Below are positions 38,114 to 47,876 of a stretch of DNA of 64,000 bases, one piece after another (position 1 is the stretch's first letter; every line of letters begins with the position of its first letter). Position numbers and translations under genes: made by a program. The DNA is from Spirochaetia bacterium (GTDB lineage Bacteria; Spirochaetota; Spirochaetia; SZUA-6; Bin103). Under the pieces are notes generated by a model, which had not been told where the DNA came from, searched no databases, and saw only the letters and a program-made list of their open reading frames with translations. Location of the stretch: NCBI GenBank assembly GCA_965203905.1, contig CBDBDQ010000005.1, positions 4,160,001-4,224,000 on the forward strand, in the 5' to 3' direction.

Positions 38114-39357
38114 CACACTTCCTCCTCCGCCGGCAGCGGCGGCACGTTGCTCAGGAGCTGGTCCAGCGTATCGCGGCGCCGGATCAGCGTCCCGCGTCCA
38201 TCCTCGACCAGCACCTCGGCGGGCAGCGGGAACGAATTGTAGCGCGAGGCCATCGAGAAGCCGTAGGCGCCGGCGTCGCGCAGCGCGACCAGGTCGCCCT
38301 CCTGGAGCGGCGGCAGGTCGCGTGGCTCGATACCCTCCTCGTCGCGGGTGAACACGTCGCCCGACTCGCAGATGTTGCCGGTCAGCACGGTGGGCCGGGT
38401 CGCGCCGGAGCGCGGCTGCACCGGTTCGATCTCGTGGTAGGAGCCGTACATCGCCGGCCGCACCAGGTGGTTGAAACCGCTGTCGGTGCCGACGAACAGG
38501 TACTTGCGCGCCTGGTTCACCGCCGTCACCCGGCACAGCAGGGTGCCGGAGCGCGCCACCAGGAACCGGCCCGGCTCCAGGCACAGCGCCGGACGGGCGC
38601 CGTATTCGGCGCAGAAGCGCTCGTACTCGGCGGTGAGCAGGGCGCCGAGCCGGTCGACCGCCAGTTCCTGCTGCTCCCGGCGGTAGGGGATGCCGATGCC
38701 GCCGCCGAAGTTGACCTGCTCCAGCCCCGGGAAGCGCCGCGCCACGGTCAGCAGGTTGGTCACCGCCTGCACGAACCGCTCCGCCTCCAGCACCCCGGAG
38801 CCGATGTGGCAGTGCACCCCGGCCACCCGCAGGCTCCCGGCCGCGGCCACCTCCTGCGCCTCGCCGGCCTGCTCCCAGTCGATGCCGAACTTGCTTTCCG
38901 GGCCGCCGGTGATGACGTGGGAGTGGTGGCCGCCGCCGACGTAGATGTTGAAGCGGATGCTGATGGCGGTGCCCGGTGCCAGCGCTCCCAGGCGCCGGAG
39001 CTGCGACAGCGACTCCACGTTGATGCGCACGCCCTGGTCCACGGCGGTGCGCATCTCCCCGTCGGAGGCGGAGTTGCCGTTGTACAGCAGGCGCCGCGGC
39101 GGGAACCCGGCGGTGCGCGCCATCAGGATCTCCCCCGGCGAGACCACGTCGGCCCAGGCGCCGGCACGGCGCAGGAGGCGCAGGATCCAGGGATTGGAGT
39201 TCGCCTTGGTGGCGAAGTGGATGCGCAGGTCGTCCACCGCGAAGGCGCGCGCCAGGGTATCGAAGGCGCCGCGGATGCGCGCCGCCTCGTAGACGTACAG
39301 CGGGCTGCCGTACTGGTTCACCAGGGTGGCCGCGGGGAGGCCGCCAAGTCTCAGCAT
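38113..39357 (-). CDS. lysA: diaminopimelate decarboxylase
   Basis: YGSPLYVY, FATKAN, SKFGI, HCHIGS, EPGRFLV, GNICESGD, GAYG.SMAS.YN. Confidence 0.96.
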   Translation of the reverse strand: MLRLGGLPAATLVNQYGSPLYVYEAARIRGAFDTLARAFAVDDLRIHFATKANSNPWILRLLRRAGAWADVVSPGEILMARTAGFPPRRLLYNGNSASDGEMRTAVDQGVRINVESLSQLRRLGALAPGTAISIRFNIYVGGGHHSHVITGGPESKFGIDWEQAGEAQEVAAAGSLRVAGVHCHIGSGVLEAERFVQAVTNLLTVARRFPGLEQVNFGGGIGIPYRREQQELAVDRLGALLTAEYERFCAEYGARPALCLEPGRFLVARSGTLLCRVTAVNQARKYLFVGTDSGFNHLVRPAMYGSYHEIEPVQPRSGATRPTVLTGNICESGDVFTRDEEGIEPRDLPPLQEGDLVALRDAGAYGFSMASRYNSFPLPAEVLVEDGRGTLIRRRDTLDQLLSNVPPLPAEEEV

Positions 39358-40697
39358 GAGTGTTGCTCGAAGAATTTGCGGTGCAGCGAGCGCACCGCGG
39401 TCTCGGTGGCGGCGTCGGCCACCACCAGCGAAAGATTGATATCGGAGGAACCCAGGCACATCATCTTCAACGGCACGCCGTCGAGGGCGCCCATGGCGCC
39501 GGCCAGGAACCCCGGCTGCTCCCACAGGTCCTGGCCCACGATGGAGACCAGCCCGGCGTCGCCGTCCACGGTCACCGCGCCGACCTCCTCCAGGTCGGCG
39601 ACGATCGGCTCCAGCCGGGTGGCGTCGTCGATGGTCATCGACACCGACACTTCCGAGGTCGCCACCAGGTCCACCGCCGTGCGGTGATGCTCGAAGATCT
39701 CGAAGATGCGGCGCAGGAAGCCGTACGCCAGCAGCATGCGCGAGGAGGTGACGTTGATCAGGGTGATGCCGCGCTTGCAGGCGATCGCCTTGGCGCCCGC
39801 CTCCGCCTGCGCCACGATGCTGGTGCCGGCTTCCCGCGGCTGGCGCGTGTTGCGCACCGCCACCGGGATTCCGCCCTGCACCGCCGGCTGGATGGTAGCC
39901 GGATGGATCACGCGGGCGCCGAAGTAGGCCAGCTCCGCCGCCTCCTGGTAGCTGATCCGCGGCAGGGTGCGGGCCCCCGCAACCAGGCGCGGGTCGCAGG
40001 TCATGATGCCGGTCACGTCGGTCCAGATGATCACCTCGCCGGCCTCCAGCGCGGCCCCGAACAGGGTGGCGGTGTAGTCGGAGCCGCCGCGGCCCAGGGT
40101 GGTGGGGATGCCCTCCGCGGTGGCGGCGATGAAGCCCTGCGCCACCAGCAGCTCGCCCGCTGCCGGCCGCGCCTGCGCCCGGATCCGCCGGGCGGTCTCC
40201 GGCTGCGCCACGTTGGCGTGCATGAAGTGGTCGTCGGTGGCGATCAAGGCGCGGCAGTCCAGCAGCCGGGCGGCTACACCGCGCTGTCGAGCGCGCGCCG
40301 CCAGCAGCACCGTTACGGCGCGCTCGCCGAAGCCGAGCACGGCGTCGTTGCTGCGCGGCGTCCACTGCCGGAGCAGCACCATGCCGGTGACGATGGAGCG
40401 CAGCTCGTCGAACAGCTCCCGGAGCTGCGCGGTGGCACGCGCGTGCTCGGAGCCGTCCAGCAGCGCGTCCGCGGCGGCGAGGTGCTCACCGGCGAGCCGC
40501 TCCACCACCGCGTCGGCTTCCTGTCCTTCGCCGCGGCCGGCGGCATGCGCCGCCTGCTGCAGGTGATCGGTGGTGTCGCCCATGGCGGAGGCCACCAGGA
40601 CCACGCCTTGCTCCAGCGCACCGGAGGCGATCTCGAGTGCCCCTTCCAGCAGCTCGGCGGACGCCAGCGAGGTGCCGCCGAACTTCATCACCCTCAT
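39351..40697 (-). CDS. lysC: aspartate kinase
   Basis: MKFGGTS, TTLGRGGSDYTA, WTDV.G..T.DPR, two ACT domains. Confidence 0.96.
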   Translation of the reverse strand: MRVMKFGGTSLASAELLEGALEIASGALEQGVVLVASAMGDTTDHLQQAAHAAGRGEGQEADAVVERLAGEHLAAADALLDGSEHARATAQLRELFDELRSIVTGMVLLRQWTPRSNDAVLGFGERAVTVLLAARARQRGVAARLLDCRALIATDDHFMHANVAQPETARRIRAQARPAAGELLVAQGFIAATAEGIPTTLGRGGSDYTATLFGAALEAGEVIIWTDVTGIMTCDPRLVAGARTLPRISYQEAAELAYFGARVIHPATIQPAVQGGIPVAVRNTRQPREAGTSIVAQAEAGAKAIACKRGITLINVTSSRMLLAYGFLRRIFEIFEHHRTAVDLVATSEVSVSMTIDDATRLEPIVADLEEVGAVTVDGDAGLVSIVGQDLWEQPGFLAGAMGALDGVPLKMMCLGSSDINLSLVVADAATETAVRSLHRKFFEQHSC

Positions 40698-41731
40698 GCT
40701 GGCAGCAGCTCCAGCTCCAGCATCGTCTCGGCGTTGAGCACGGCCGCCGCGGCCGCGCCGCGTACCAGGTTGTGACCCAGCACCAGCATCTTGATGGAAT
40801 ACACCGGGCAGCGGCGGATGCGCCCCACCGCGGCCACCATGCCGTCACCCAGGTTGGCGTCGAGGCGCGGCTGCGGCCGATCCTCCTGCGCGAACACCTC
40901 GATGGGACGCACGGGTGCGCTGTGCAGGGCGCGTTGCTGCGGCACGCCGCGGAACGCTTCCAGGGTGGCCGTCACCTCCGCCGGGTCGGGGTCGGCGGCC
41001 AGCCGCACGGACACGGTTTCGGTGTGGCCGTCGATCACCGGTACCCGGTTGCACTGGGCGCTGACCGGGAACGGCGCCGGCACCACCTGGTCGCCCGCGA
41101 GCCGGCCCAGCATCTTCTGCGTCTCCCGCTCCATCTTCTCCTCCTCGGCGGGCAGCGGAAACACGTTGCCGAGGATGTCCAGGCTGGCGACGCCGGGATA
41201 GCCGGCACCCGACACCGCCTGCATGGTGGTCACCTGCACCGCTTCCACCGTGTAGCGGCGATGCAACGGCGCCAGCGCCAGCGCCAGGAACATGGCGGCG
41301 CAGTTGCAGTTGGTGACGATGCCGCCGCTGGTGCCCTGGCAGCGCACCAGCGCCAGGTGATCGGCGTTCACTTCAGGGATCACCAGTGGTACGCGCGGGT
41401 CCATCCGGTGGCTGCTGGAGTTGCTGATCACCAGGTGTCCGGCGGCGGCGTACTGCTGCTCGATGGCGCCGGCAGGGCCGGAGGGCATGCTGGAGAACAC
41501 CACGCGGCTGTCCAGCGGAGTGCCCCCCTCCTTGAGGCGCAGGCTGCCGACCCGCGCCGGAAGCGGCGTGTCCAGGCGCCACGTGGTGGCCTCGGCGTAG
41601 CTCTTGCCGGCGGTGCGGGCAGAGGACGCGACCTCCTGCAGCTCGAATTGAGGATGATCCTCGAGCATGGCGATGATTCGCTGTCCCACCATGCCGGTGG
41701 CGCCGACGACGGCGGCCGGTATGCGTGCCAT
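40694..41731 (-). CDS. asd: aspartate-semialdehyde dehydrogenase
   Basis: VVGATGMVGQR, SNSS.HRM, PEVN, NCNC, QAVSGAG, HNLVRGAA. Confidence 0.96.
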   Translation of the reverse strand: MARIPAAVVGATGMVGQRIIAMLEDHPQFELQEVASSARTAGKSYAEATTWRLDTPLPARVGSLRLKEGGTPLDSRVVFSSMPSGPAGAIEQQYAAAGHLVISNSSSHRMDPRVPLVIPEVNADHLALVRCQGTSGGIVTNCNCAAMFLALALAPLHRRYTVEAVQVTTMQAVSGAGYPGVASLDILGNVFPLPAEEEKMERETQKMLGRLAGDQVVPAPFPVSAQCNRVPVIDGHTETVSVRLAADPDPAEVTATLEAFRGVPQQRALHSAPVRPIEVFAQEDRPQPRLDANLGDGMVAAVGRIRRCPVYSIKMLVLGHNLVRGAAAAAVLNAETMLELELLPA

Positions 41732-41796
41732 GAAGCACCTCGCTTTGTAACGCTGCTGCGGGAGGGAGGGCACGGCTTTCCGGCCGTACCGGAAAG

Positions 41797-41974
41797 GGAC
41801 CACATAGCGCTCCACCCGCAGCGGGTGACAGTCCCGGGGATTTAGCCCCGGCAACCAGCAGCCTCCCGGAGTCGGCGGGCGACCGCTTCGGCGACCCATC
41901 CCTTTCGGTAATCCCGGACAGCGGATCCAACCATCCTCCGGGCCTACTGATGACGGCCGCGCCTCTACTGATCC
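41797..41974 (-). ncRNA. lysine riboswitch
   Basis: Minus strand reads AGAGGCGC...AGTA...GAAAGG...GCCGAA...TAAAT...ACTGTCA...TGGAGCGCTA with closing P1, directly upstream of asd-lysC-lysA-dapF-dapL. Confidence 0.93.
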
Positions 41975-42124
41975 TGTGAGGTGACCCATGAATACTACGC
42001 GCGCCGCCCAGGGTCAAGGCGAGTGCGGGCGCAGACCGCCGCCTTGGCGTCGCTCTGCGCCCAGCCTGACCTGGCGGTAGGAGCTTGTCGGTAGCCCGCC
42101 AAGCTCCTACAGTGAAGCTGGGCT

Positions 42125-44653
42125 ATGGCGGGGGAGAGCGGCAGGCGGCCGATGGAGGTGTCGGCGTGGCTGGCCGAGCCCGCCGTCGCCGGGCTGCGGG
42201 CCGCGATCCAGGAGGCGGGCGGCCGCGAGGTGTTCTGCGTGGGCAACGCCGGTGCCGGTGGCGTGGTGCACGAGGTCACCATCGCGGCGCGCGGCAACCG
42301 TCACGCGGTGGCAGTGCTCGCCCCTTACGTCGACGGCGCCGACCTGCTGATCCACAATCACCCCTCCGGCGAGCTGCAGCCGAGCGCTGCCGACCTCGCC
42401 GTCGCCGGCTACGTCGGCGACCAGGGCAAGGGGTTCTGCATCGTCGACAACGAAGTCACCCGGATCTACGTGGTCGCCGAGCCGGTGCCGCGACGGGAGC
42501 TGCAGCGCCTGGATACCCGTGAACTGGCGTCGACCCTGCGTGCCGGCGGCGCGCTGCAGCGGCTGCATCCCGGCTACGAACAGCGCGCGGGCCAGATCGC
42601 CCTGCTGCAGTCGGCGTGCGACGCCTTCAACGACGAGGTGATCGTGGCGGCCGAGGCCGGGACCGGCATCGGCAAGTCGCTGGCCTACCTGATCCCGGCG
42701 GTGGCGTGGGCCGCGGCCAACGATGAGCGGGTGGTGGTCTCGACCGCGACCATCAACCTGCAGCAGCAGTTGCTGGCCCAGGACCTGCCGTTGGTGCAAC
42801 GCATCCTGGGTACCCGGGTGAAGAGCTGCCTGGTGCTGGGGCGCAGCAACTACCTGTGCCTGCGCCGCCTGCGTGACGCCTACGCCGAGGCGCAGGGGAT
42901 GGCGAGCGCGACCGCGGCGGGCGCCGAGGAACCGCTGGACGAGTCCACCGCCGCCGAGGTGCGGGCGCTCTACGACTGGTCCCTGGCCAGCCCCACCGGT
43001 AGCCGCAACGACCTTCCGTTCTCCACCGCGGCGGCGTCCTGGGAGCTGGTGTGCTCGGAGGGAGATGCCTGCAGCGCCCTGCGCTGTCCCGATCGCGAAG
43101 CCTGTTTCGTGCTGCGGGCGCGGCGCGAGGCCGCCGCCGCCCGCCTGCTGGTGGTCAACCACCACCTGCTGTTTGCCGATCTTGCGGTGCGCCTCGCGGG
43201 TGCCCGGGGCAGGGGCGCCCTGCAGAGCGCCGCGGTGCTGCCCGGTTTCGCGCGTGTCGTGCTGGACGAAGCCCATGCCATCGAGAGCAGCGCCCAGTCG
43301 TTCTTCTCGGAACGACTCTCGCGCTCCGGCCTGGAGCGTCTGGCAGGGCGGCTGGTGAACCGTCACCGCGGGCGCCTCCGCGGCCTGGTCCCGCGTCGTG
43401 CCGACTGGTTCGTCGGCGCCGGGCAGGAGGTAGCCGCACTGGTCGCCGAGGTGGAACGGCTGCGCCGGCTGGGCCAGCGCCTGGAGCGAGCCGGCGGTGC
43501 ACTGCTGGCCGGTGCGCCGGCCGTGGTGCTGGGCGGACCGCACCTGGATGCGGTGTTGGAGTCGCTGGCGGCGGTGGCCGCGGCGGCGGCGCGGATCGCC
43601 GCCGCGGTGGTGGCGACATTGGACCACCTCGATCCCGCCGACCAGGAGAGCGGGGATGCGGTGGAGCTGCGCATCCAGGTACGCCGCCTGCGCGCCGTCG
43701 CACAACTCTGCGAGCAGCTTGCGGTCACCGCCGACGCGTCGCACGGCGCTCCGGCGGCGGCTGCCGATACGGTGCGCTGGGTGGAGGGCCGTCGCCGGCG
43801 CGACGGCAGCACGGCAGCCTGGCTGGTGATGACGCCGATAGAGGTGGCTCCGCTGCTGCGCGCGGCGTTGTTCGAACGCTACCCCAGCGTGGTGCTCACT
43901 TCGGCCACCCTGACGGTAGCCGGCGAGTTCGGATTCTGGTGCGGTCGGGTGGGGCTCGACGGCGAACTCGGCCGGGACGTGTTCACGGAGCAGTATCCGT
44001 CACCGTTCGCCTTCCGCGAGCAGGTGCTGCTCGGCATTCCGTTCGATGCACCGGAGCCCACCAGCGCCGATCATCAGGCCTGGCTGGGTCGCTACCTGGT
44101 GCCGGCCCTGCGCGCCAGTCGCGGCCGGGCGCTGGTGCTGTTCACTTCCTACGCCATGCTGGAGCGATGCTACGCCACGGTGCGGGGAGCGCTGGCCCGG
44201 GACGGCATCGTCGTGTTGCGGCAGGGGGAGGAAGATCGCCATCGCCTGCTGCGGCGCTTCCGCGAGGACACCGCCAGCGTGTTGCTGGCCACCGATTCGT
44301 TCTGGGAAGGGATCGACGCCCCGGGCGAGACCCTGAGCCTGGTGGCGATCTGCCGCCTGCCGTTCGAGGTGCCCACCCATCCGGTGGCCGTGGCCCAGAT
44401 GGCGCGCGTTGCGGCGACGGGCGCGGACCCCTTTGCCGGCCTGACGCTGCCGCGTGCGGTGATGCGCGTGCGGCAGGGCTTCGGACGCCTGATTCGGCGC
44501 CACGACGATCGCGGGGTGGTGCTGCTGCTGGATGCCCGGCTGGCGCGTCGCGGCTACGGCGAGGTGTTCCTGCGGTCGCTGCCGGAGGTACAGTTGGAAG
44601 TTGCTCCGGGAGCAGAGCTGCTGCACCGCGTACAGGCCTTCTTCGAACGCTGA
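42125..44653 (+). CDS. DinG/YoaA-family helicase with N-terminal JAB/MPN-like domain
   Basis: HNHPSG...PS.AD JAB motif; EAGTGIGKS, Fe-S Cys, VVNHHLL, DEAH, SATL, FWEGID, QG.GRLIR. Confidence 0.93.
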   Translation: MAGESGRRPMEVSAWLAEPAVAGLRAAIQEAGGREVFCVGNAGAGGVVHEVTIAARGNRHAVAVLAPYVDGADLLIHNHPSGELQPSAADLAVAGYVGDQGKGFCIVDNEVTRIYVVAEPVPRRELQRLDTRELASTLRAGGALQRLHPGYEQRAGQIALLQSACDAFNDEVIVAAEAGTGIGKSLAYLIPAVAWAAANDERVVVSTATINLQQQLLAQDLPLVQRILGTRVKSCLVLGRSNYLCLRRLRDAYAEAQGMASATAAGAEEPLDESTAAEVRALYDWSLASPTGSRNDLPFSTAAASWELVCSEGDACSALRCPDREACFVLRARREAAAARLLVVNHHLLFADLAVRLAGARGRGALQSAAVLPGFARVVLDEAHAIESSAQSFFSERLSRSGLERLAGRLVNRHRGRLRGLVPRRADWFVGAGQEVAALVAEVERLRRLGQRLERAGGALLAGAPAVVLGGPHLDAVLESLAAVAAAAARIAAAVVATLDHLDPADQESGDAVELRIQVRRLRAVAQLCEQLAVTADASHGAPAAAADTVRWVEGRRRRDGSTAAWLVMTPIEVAPLLRAALFERYPSVVLTSATLTVAGEFGFWCGRVGLDGELGRDVFTEQYPSPFAFREQVLLGIPFDAPEPTSADHQAWLGRYLVPALRASRGRALVLFTSYAMLERCYATVRGALARDGIVVLRQGEEDRHRLLRRFREDTASVLLATDSFWEGIDAPGETLSLVAICRLPFEVPTHPVAVAQMARVAATGADPFAGLTLPRAVMRVRQGFGRLIRRHDDRGVVLLLDARLARRGYGEVFLRSLPEVQLEVAPGAELLHRVQAFFER

Positions 44654-44688
44654 AGCTGGCCGGCGAACCCTACCGGGCCCGGAAGCAC

Positions 44689-44718
44689 AAAAAAGCCCGG
44701 CCGCGGAAGGACCGAGCT
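44689..44718 (-). terminator. intrinsic terminator after groES
   Basis: Minus strand AGCTCGGT-loop-GCCGGGCT followed by a T run. Confidence 0.7.
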
Positions 44719-44737
44719 TCAATGACGAAGGACAGGC

Positions 44738-45001
44738 TTAGCTGTAGACGGCGAGAATGTCCGCGGCCTTGAGAATGAGCTGTTCCTCGTCGTTCACCTT
44801 CACGCTGGTGCCGGCGTACTTGTCGTAGATGATCTTGTCATCCACCTTGACCGTGATCTCTTCGTCGTCTCCAACGGCGAGAACCACCCCGTTCTGGGTC
44901 TTTTCCTGCGCCGTATCCGGAATGTAGATACCGCCGGCGGTCTTCTGGTCCGCTTCCTCGACCTTGACCAGAACGCGATCACCGAGAGGCTTGATGGTCA
45001 T
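44738..45001 (-). CDS. groES: co-chaperonin GroES
   Basis: IKPLGDRVLV, KTAGGIYIPDTAQEK, KYAGT, DILA; AGGAGG RBS. Confidence 0.97.
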   Translation of the reverse strand: MTIKPLGDRVLVKVEEADQKTAGGIYIPDTAQEKTQNGVVLAVGDDEEITVKVDDKIIYDKYAGTSVKVNDEEQLILKAADILAVYS

Positions 45002-45174
45002 GGTAGATCCTCCTGTGAACAATGAGAAGTTCTTTGTGTTTTGGGGTTCGGGCGCAATATACCGATGGAGCGAATTTGGGGTCAACCGGAACCGGCGTTT
45101 GCTTTCCAGGTCCCCGGAGCCCCCGGAGCAGGGTCGGGTGGCCGCCGGACACCGGTGCTCAGTATCTTCAGCCG

Positions 45175-45858
45175 GTGACGGCGCCACGTCGCAGTCCGCG
45201 CTGGCGGCAGCAGTTCAACAACGGCCGGCGCGCTCTCCGCGGCCATCGCAACCGCCGCGCCCTGGAGTTTCTCACCGCCGCGCTGGCCTCGTGCCCGGCT
45301 TCCGGGCGCGCCGATCTGGCCGCCGTGCTCCGGTCGCTGGGCTTCGCCTGTGCCCGTCTGGGACGCCGGGATGCCGCGTTGCGCTGCTGGGTGGATGCAC
45401 AGCGGACGCACAAGGATCCGCATCTGGCGCGCCTGATTCGCGCCTGCAGCAACGATCACGGCATGGCCCGCCAGGGCCACCGCCTGCTCGACGACTGGCG
45501 GGCGTTCCATTCGCTGCAGCTTGCCCGTTACGTTCGCGCCAAGGCACGCCCCCGTCTCGGCGCGGCGGAGACCGACATGCTGCGTGACCTGCTGTGGGGC
45601 CACTTCACCGAGCTGGTGCGGAGCGGCGTGCTGCACGGCCGGACCGCCGAGCAGCGGCGCCGGCTGTTCGCCGGCATGCAGATCTCGTTGCCGCTGCTGC
45701 TGCCGGCGGCGACCGACGCCGAGCGCGTCGTGGCGGTCGATTTCGTGCGCCGCCGGCGTGCGCTGGACGCCGATCCGTGCGTCTGCGGCAGCGGATTGCC
45801 CTACGTGGTATGTTGTGGGCGCATTCCTACCAGCGAAGAGATCGCGATTGGTTCATAA
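45175..45858 (+). CDS. hypothetical protein with TPR-like helices and C-terminal SEC-C motif
   Basis: DPCVCGSGLPYVVCCG at the C-terminus; start inferred from TATCTT-6-GTG. Confidence 0.7.
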   Translation: MTAPRRSPRWRQQFNNGRRALRGHRNRRALEFLTAALASCPASGRADLAAVLRSLGFACARLGRRDAALRCWVDAQRTHKDPHLARLIRACSNDHGMARQGHRLLDDWRAFHSLQLARYVRAKARPRLGAAETDMLRDLLWGHFTELVRSGVLHGRTAEQRRRLFAGMQISLPLLLPAATDAERVVAVDFVRRRRALDADPCVCGSGLPYVVCCGRIPTSEEIAIGS

Positions 45859-46000
45859 TGCGCCACATTCCACCTGCAGTCGGGCCAAGTGGGTCGCTTT
45901 GACCCACTTGCGGCACCCCCTTCCGTCGCAACGTTTCTTAAACCTCTCAGTAATTCTTTCCGATATAATAAAATAAGCAACACTGAACGACGCAAATAAG

Positions 46001-46017
46001 TTGGTACGGAAATTGCA
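46001..46017 (+). promoter_or_regulatory. sigma54 (-24/-12) promoter
   Basis: TTGGTACG-GAAA-TTGCA matches TGGCACG-N4-TTGC with correct GG/GC spacing; AT-rich tract upstream. Confidence 0.8.
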
Positions 46018-46046
46018 TACAAGTGAGCGAACGAGTTAGTATCATC

Positions 46047-46946
46047 ATGTCTCAGACGTCAAAATCCAAGCGCACCACCGGAACCCGGCTGCGCACGACC
46101 ACCGATCACGGTGACGACAGCGTCCTGTCGCTGTACCTGCGGGACATCAACCGCATTCCGCTGCTCACCCGCGAGCAGGAGATCGACTTCGCCACCCGCG
46201 CCCGCGATGGTGACGAGGCCGCCAAGGAGCACCTGGTTCGGGCCAATCTCCGCTTCGTCGTCAATGTGGCCAAGAAGTATCAGAACCAGGGACTGCCCCT
46301 CACTGACCTGATCAGCGAGGGCAACATCGGGCTGATGAACGCCGTCGAGCGTTTCGACGTGACCAAGGGCTACCACTTCATCTCCTACGCGGTGTGGTGG
46401 ATACGGCAGGCTATCCTCAAGGCGGTGTGCGAGAAGTCGCGCATGATCCGGTTGCCGCTCAACCGGGCCAACGAGCTGGTGCAGATCGAGAAGGCGCGCA
46501 AGCAACTCCAGGGCGACCGCTCCGCGGAACCCAAGCTGGCGGCGGTGGCGAAGGCGGTGGACATGCCCTCCACGCACGTCGAGTCGCTGGTCAGCATCTC
46601 GCGCGACCTGGTGTCCCTGGACAGCCCGGTAGGCGTGGATCGCGACGCCTCGACCATCGGCGACTTCGTGGCCGACACCGACTACCAGTCTCCGGAGGAG
46701 CAGGCCCAGGACAGCGCCCTGAAGGACCAGATCAACAAGGTGCTGGCAACCCTGACCGAGAAGGAAGCCGACATCATCGTGCGCCGCTTCGGTCTCAACG
46801 GCAAGCAGCCGCTGTCGCTGAAGGAGATCGGCGCCCGCTACCGGCTGACCAAGGAGCGCATCCGCCAGATCGAGAAGAAGGCGTTGCGCCGCCTGCGCCA
46901 CCCCTCGCGCAGCCAGTACCTGGAAGCGTTCGCCTCCTCCGCCTGA
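46047..46946 (+). CDS. sigma70-family RNA polymerase sigma factor lacking region 1.1 (RpoS-like)
   Basis: YLRDI..IPLL, ANLRFVV.VAKKY, DLISEGN.GL, F.SYAVWWIRQAI, TKERIRQIE. Confidence 0.92.
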   Translation: MSQTSKSKRTTGTRLRTTTDHGDDSVLSLYLRDINRIPLLTREQEIDFATRARDGDEAAKEHLVRANLRFVVNVAKKYQNQGLPLTDLISEGNIGLMNAVERFDVTKGYHFISYAVWWIRQAILKAVCEKSRMIRLPLNRANELVQIEKARKQLQGDRSAEPKLAAVAKAVDMPSTHVESLVSISRDLVSLDSPVGVDRDASTIGDFVADTDYQSPEEQAQDSALKDQINKVLATLTEKEADIIVRRFGLNGKQPLSLKEIGARYRLTKERIRQIEKKALRRLRHPSRSQYLEAFASSA

Positions 46947-47019
46947 ACTCCTATGCCAGCCGCTCCTTGGTGATGCGGCTGGCATAGGCTTGCCAGAATC
47001 CGATTCTGCGTCCGCCGGC

Positions 47020-47769
47020 ATGGAACTGTATCTCATCAGACACGGACAGTCGGCCAACAACCGGCGCAAGGCCCGGCTGGCTGAAGGAGCACTACCCAGG
47101 TCCGAGCAGCGCCGGTCCGAGCAGCGCCGGTCCGAGGCCTTTCCGAAGCCCGAGCCCCGGATCCCCGACCCGGAGTTGACCCCCCTTGGGGAACGACAGG
47201 CACGTTTGGCCGGTGAGTGGCTCAAGGGAGAGGGGATCACCAGACTCTACTGCGGGCCGATGTTGCGCACGTTGCAGACGGCACGGATCATCGGCGACAT
47301 AGTCGATTCCCCGCCGCATGTCTTCGTTGGGCTGCATGAGTGGGCAGGCGTATGGCAGTTCCCGGGCAAACAAGGCAGTGCTCAACTGTACGGGCTGACC
47401 CGAGGAGAAATGAGCACGATGTTCCTCGGTTTCGTGTTGCCTGACGAAGTCACCGACCGGGGTTGGTGGTTCCACGACTGGGATGGCGACCGGGCGATGC
47501 TGGACCTCGCCCATCGCAACGCGTTGTCCTTCATTGCCCATCTGGAGACACACCACATCGATTCAGAGGAACGGGTCGCTGCTGTACTGCACGGTGGGTC
47601 CGGCTCCAGTCTCGTCGGCGCGCTACTGGGTGTCCCTCAGGATGTGAAGTATGCGCGGTTCAACCATGATAACACCGGGGTGAGCCGGATCTCGATCACC
47701 CCGGAACGCCGGCAACTGCGCTACCTGAACCGCATCGATCACCTGAGCGACACGGCCGCGCGGTCGTAA
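47020..47769 (+). CDS. histidine phosphatase family protein
   Basis: LYLIRHGQS, D..LT.LG..QA, R.LQTA, V.HGG, N.G.S, YLNRIDHL. Confidence 0.9.
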   Translation: MELYLIRHGQSANNRRKARLAEGALPRSEQRRSEQRRSEAFPKPEPRIPDPELTPLGERQARLAGEWLKGEGITRLYCGPMLRTLQTARIIGDIVDSPPHVFVGLHEWAGVWQFPGKQGSAQLYGLTRGEMSTMFLGFVLPDEVTDRGWWFHDWDGDRAMLDLAHRNALSFIAHLETHHIDSEERVAAVLHGGSGSSLVGALLGVPQDVKYARFNHDNTGVSRISITPERRQLRYLNRIDHLSDTAARS

Positions 47770-47876
47770 CGTCAGAACGTAAGCGTCAGTCAGTTCCGTC
47801 CCACCGTTGGGAGTAGCGTGGTGCCGTAGCGTATCAACGGGAGCCGACGACGGCGCGCGCGGTGAGCATCGCGCCA

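Noticed and set aside
44738-45001. groES without groEL as an anomaly
   Set aside because: Separate groES and groEL loci are known in several lineages including spirochaetes; not unusual by itself.
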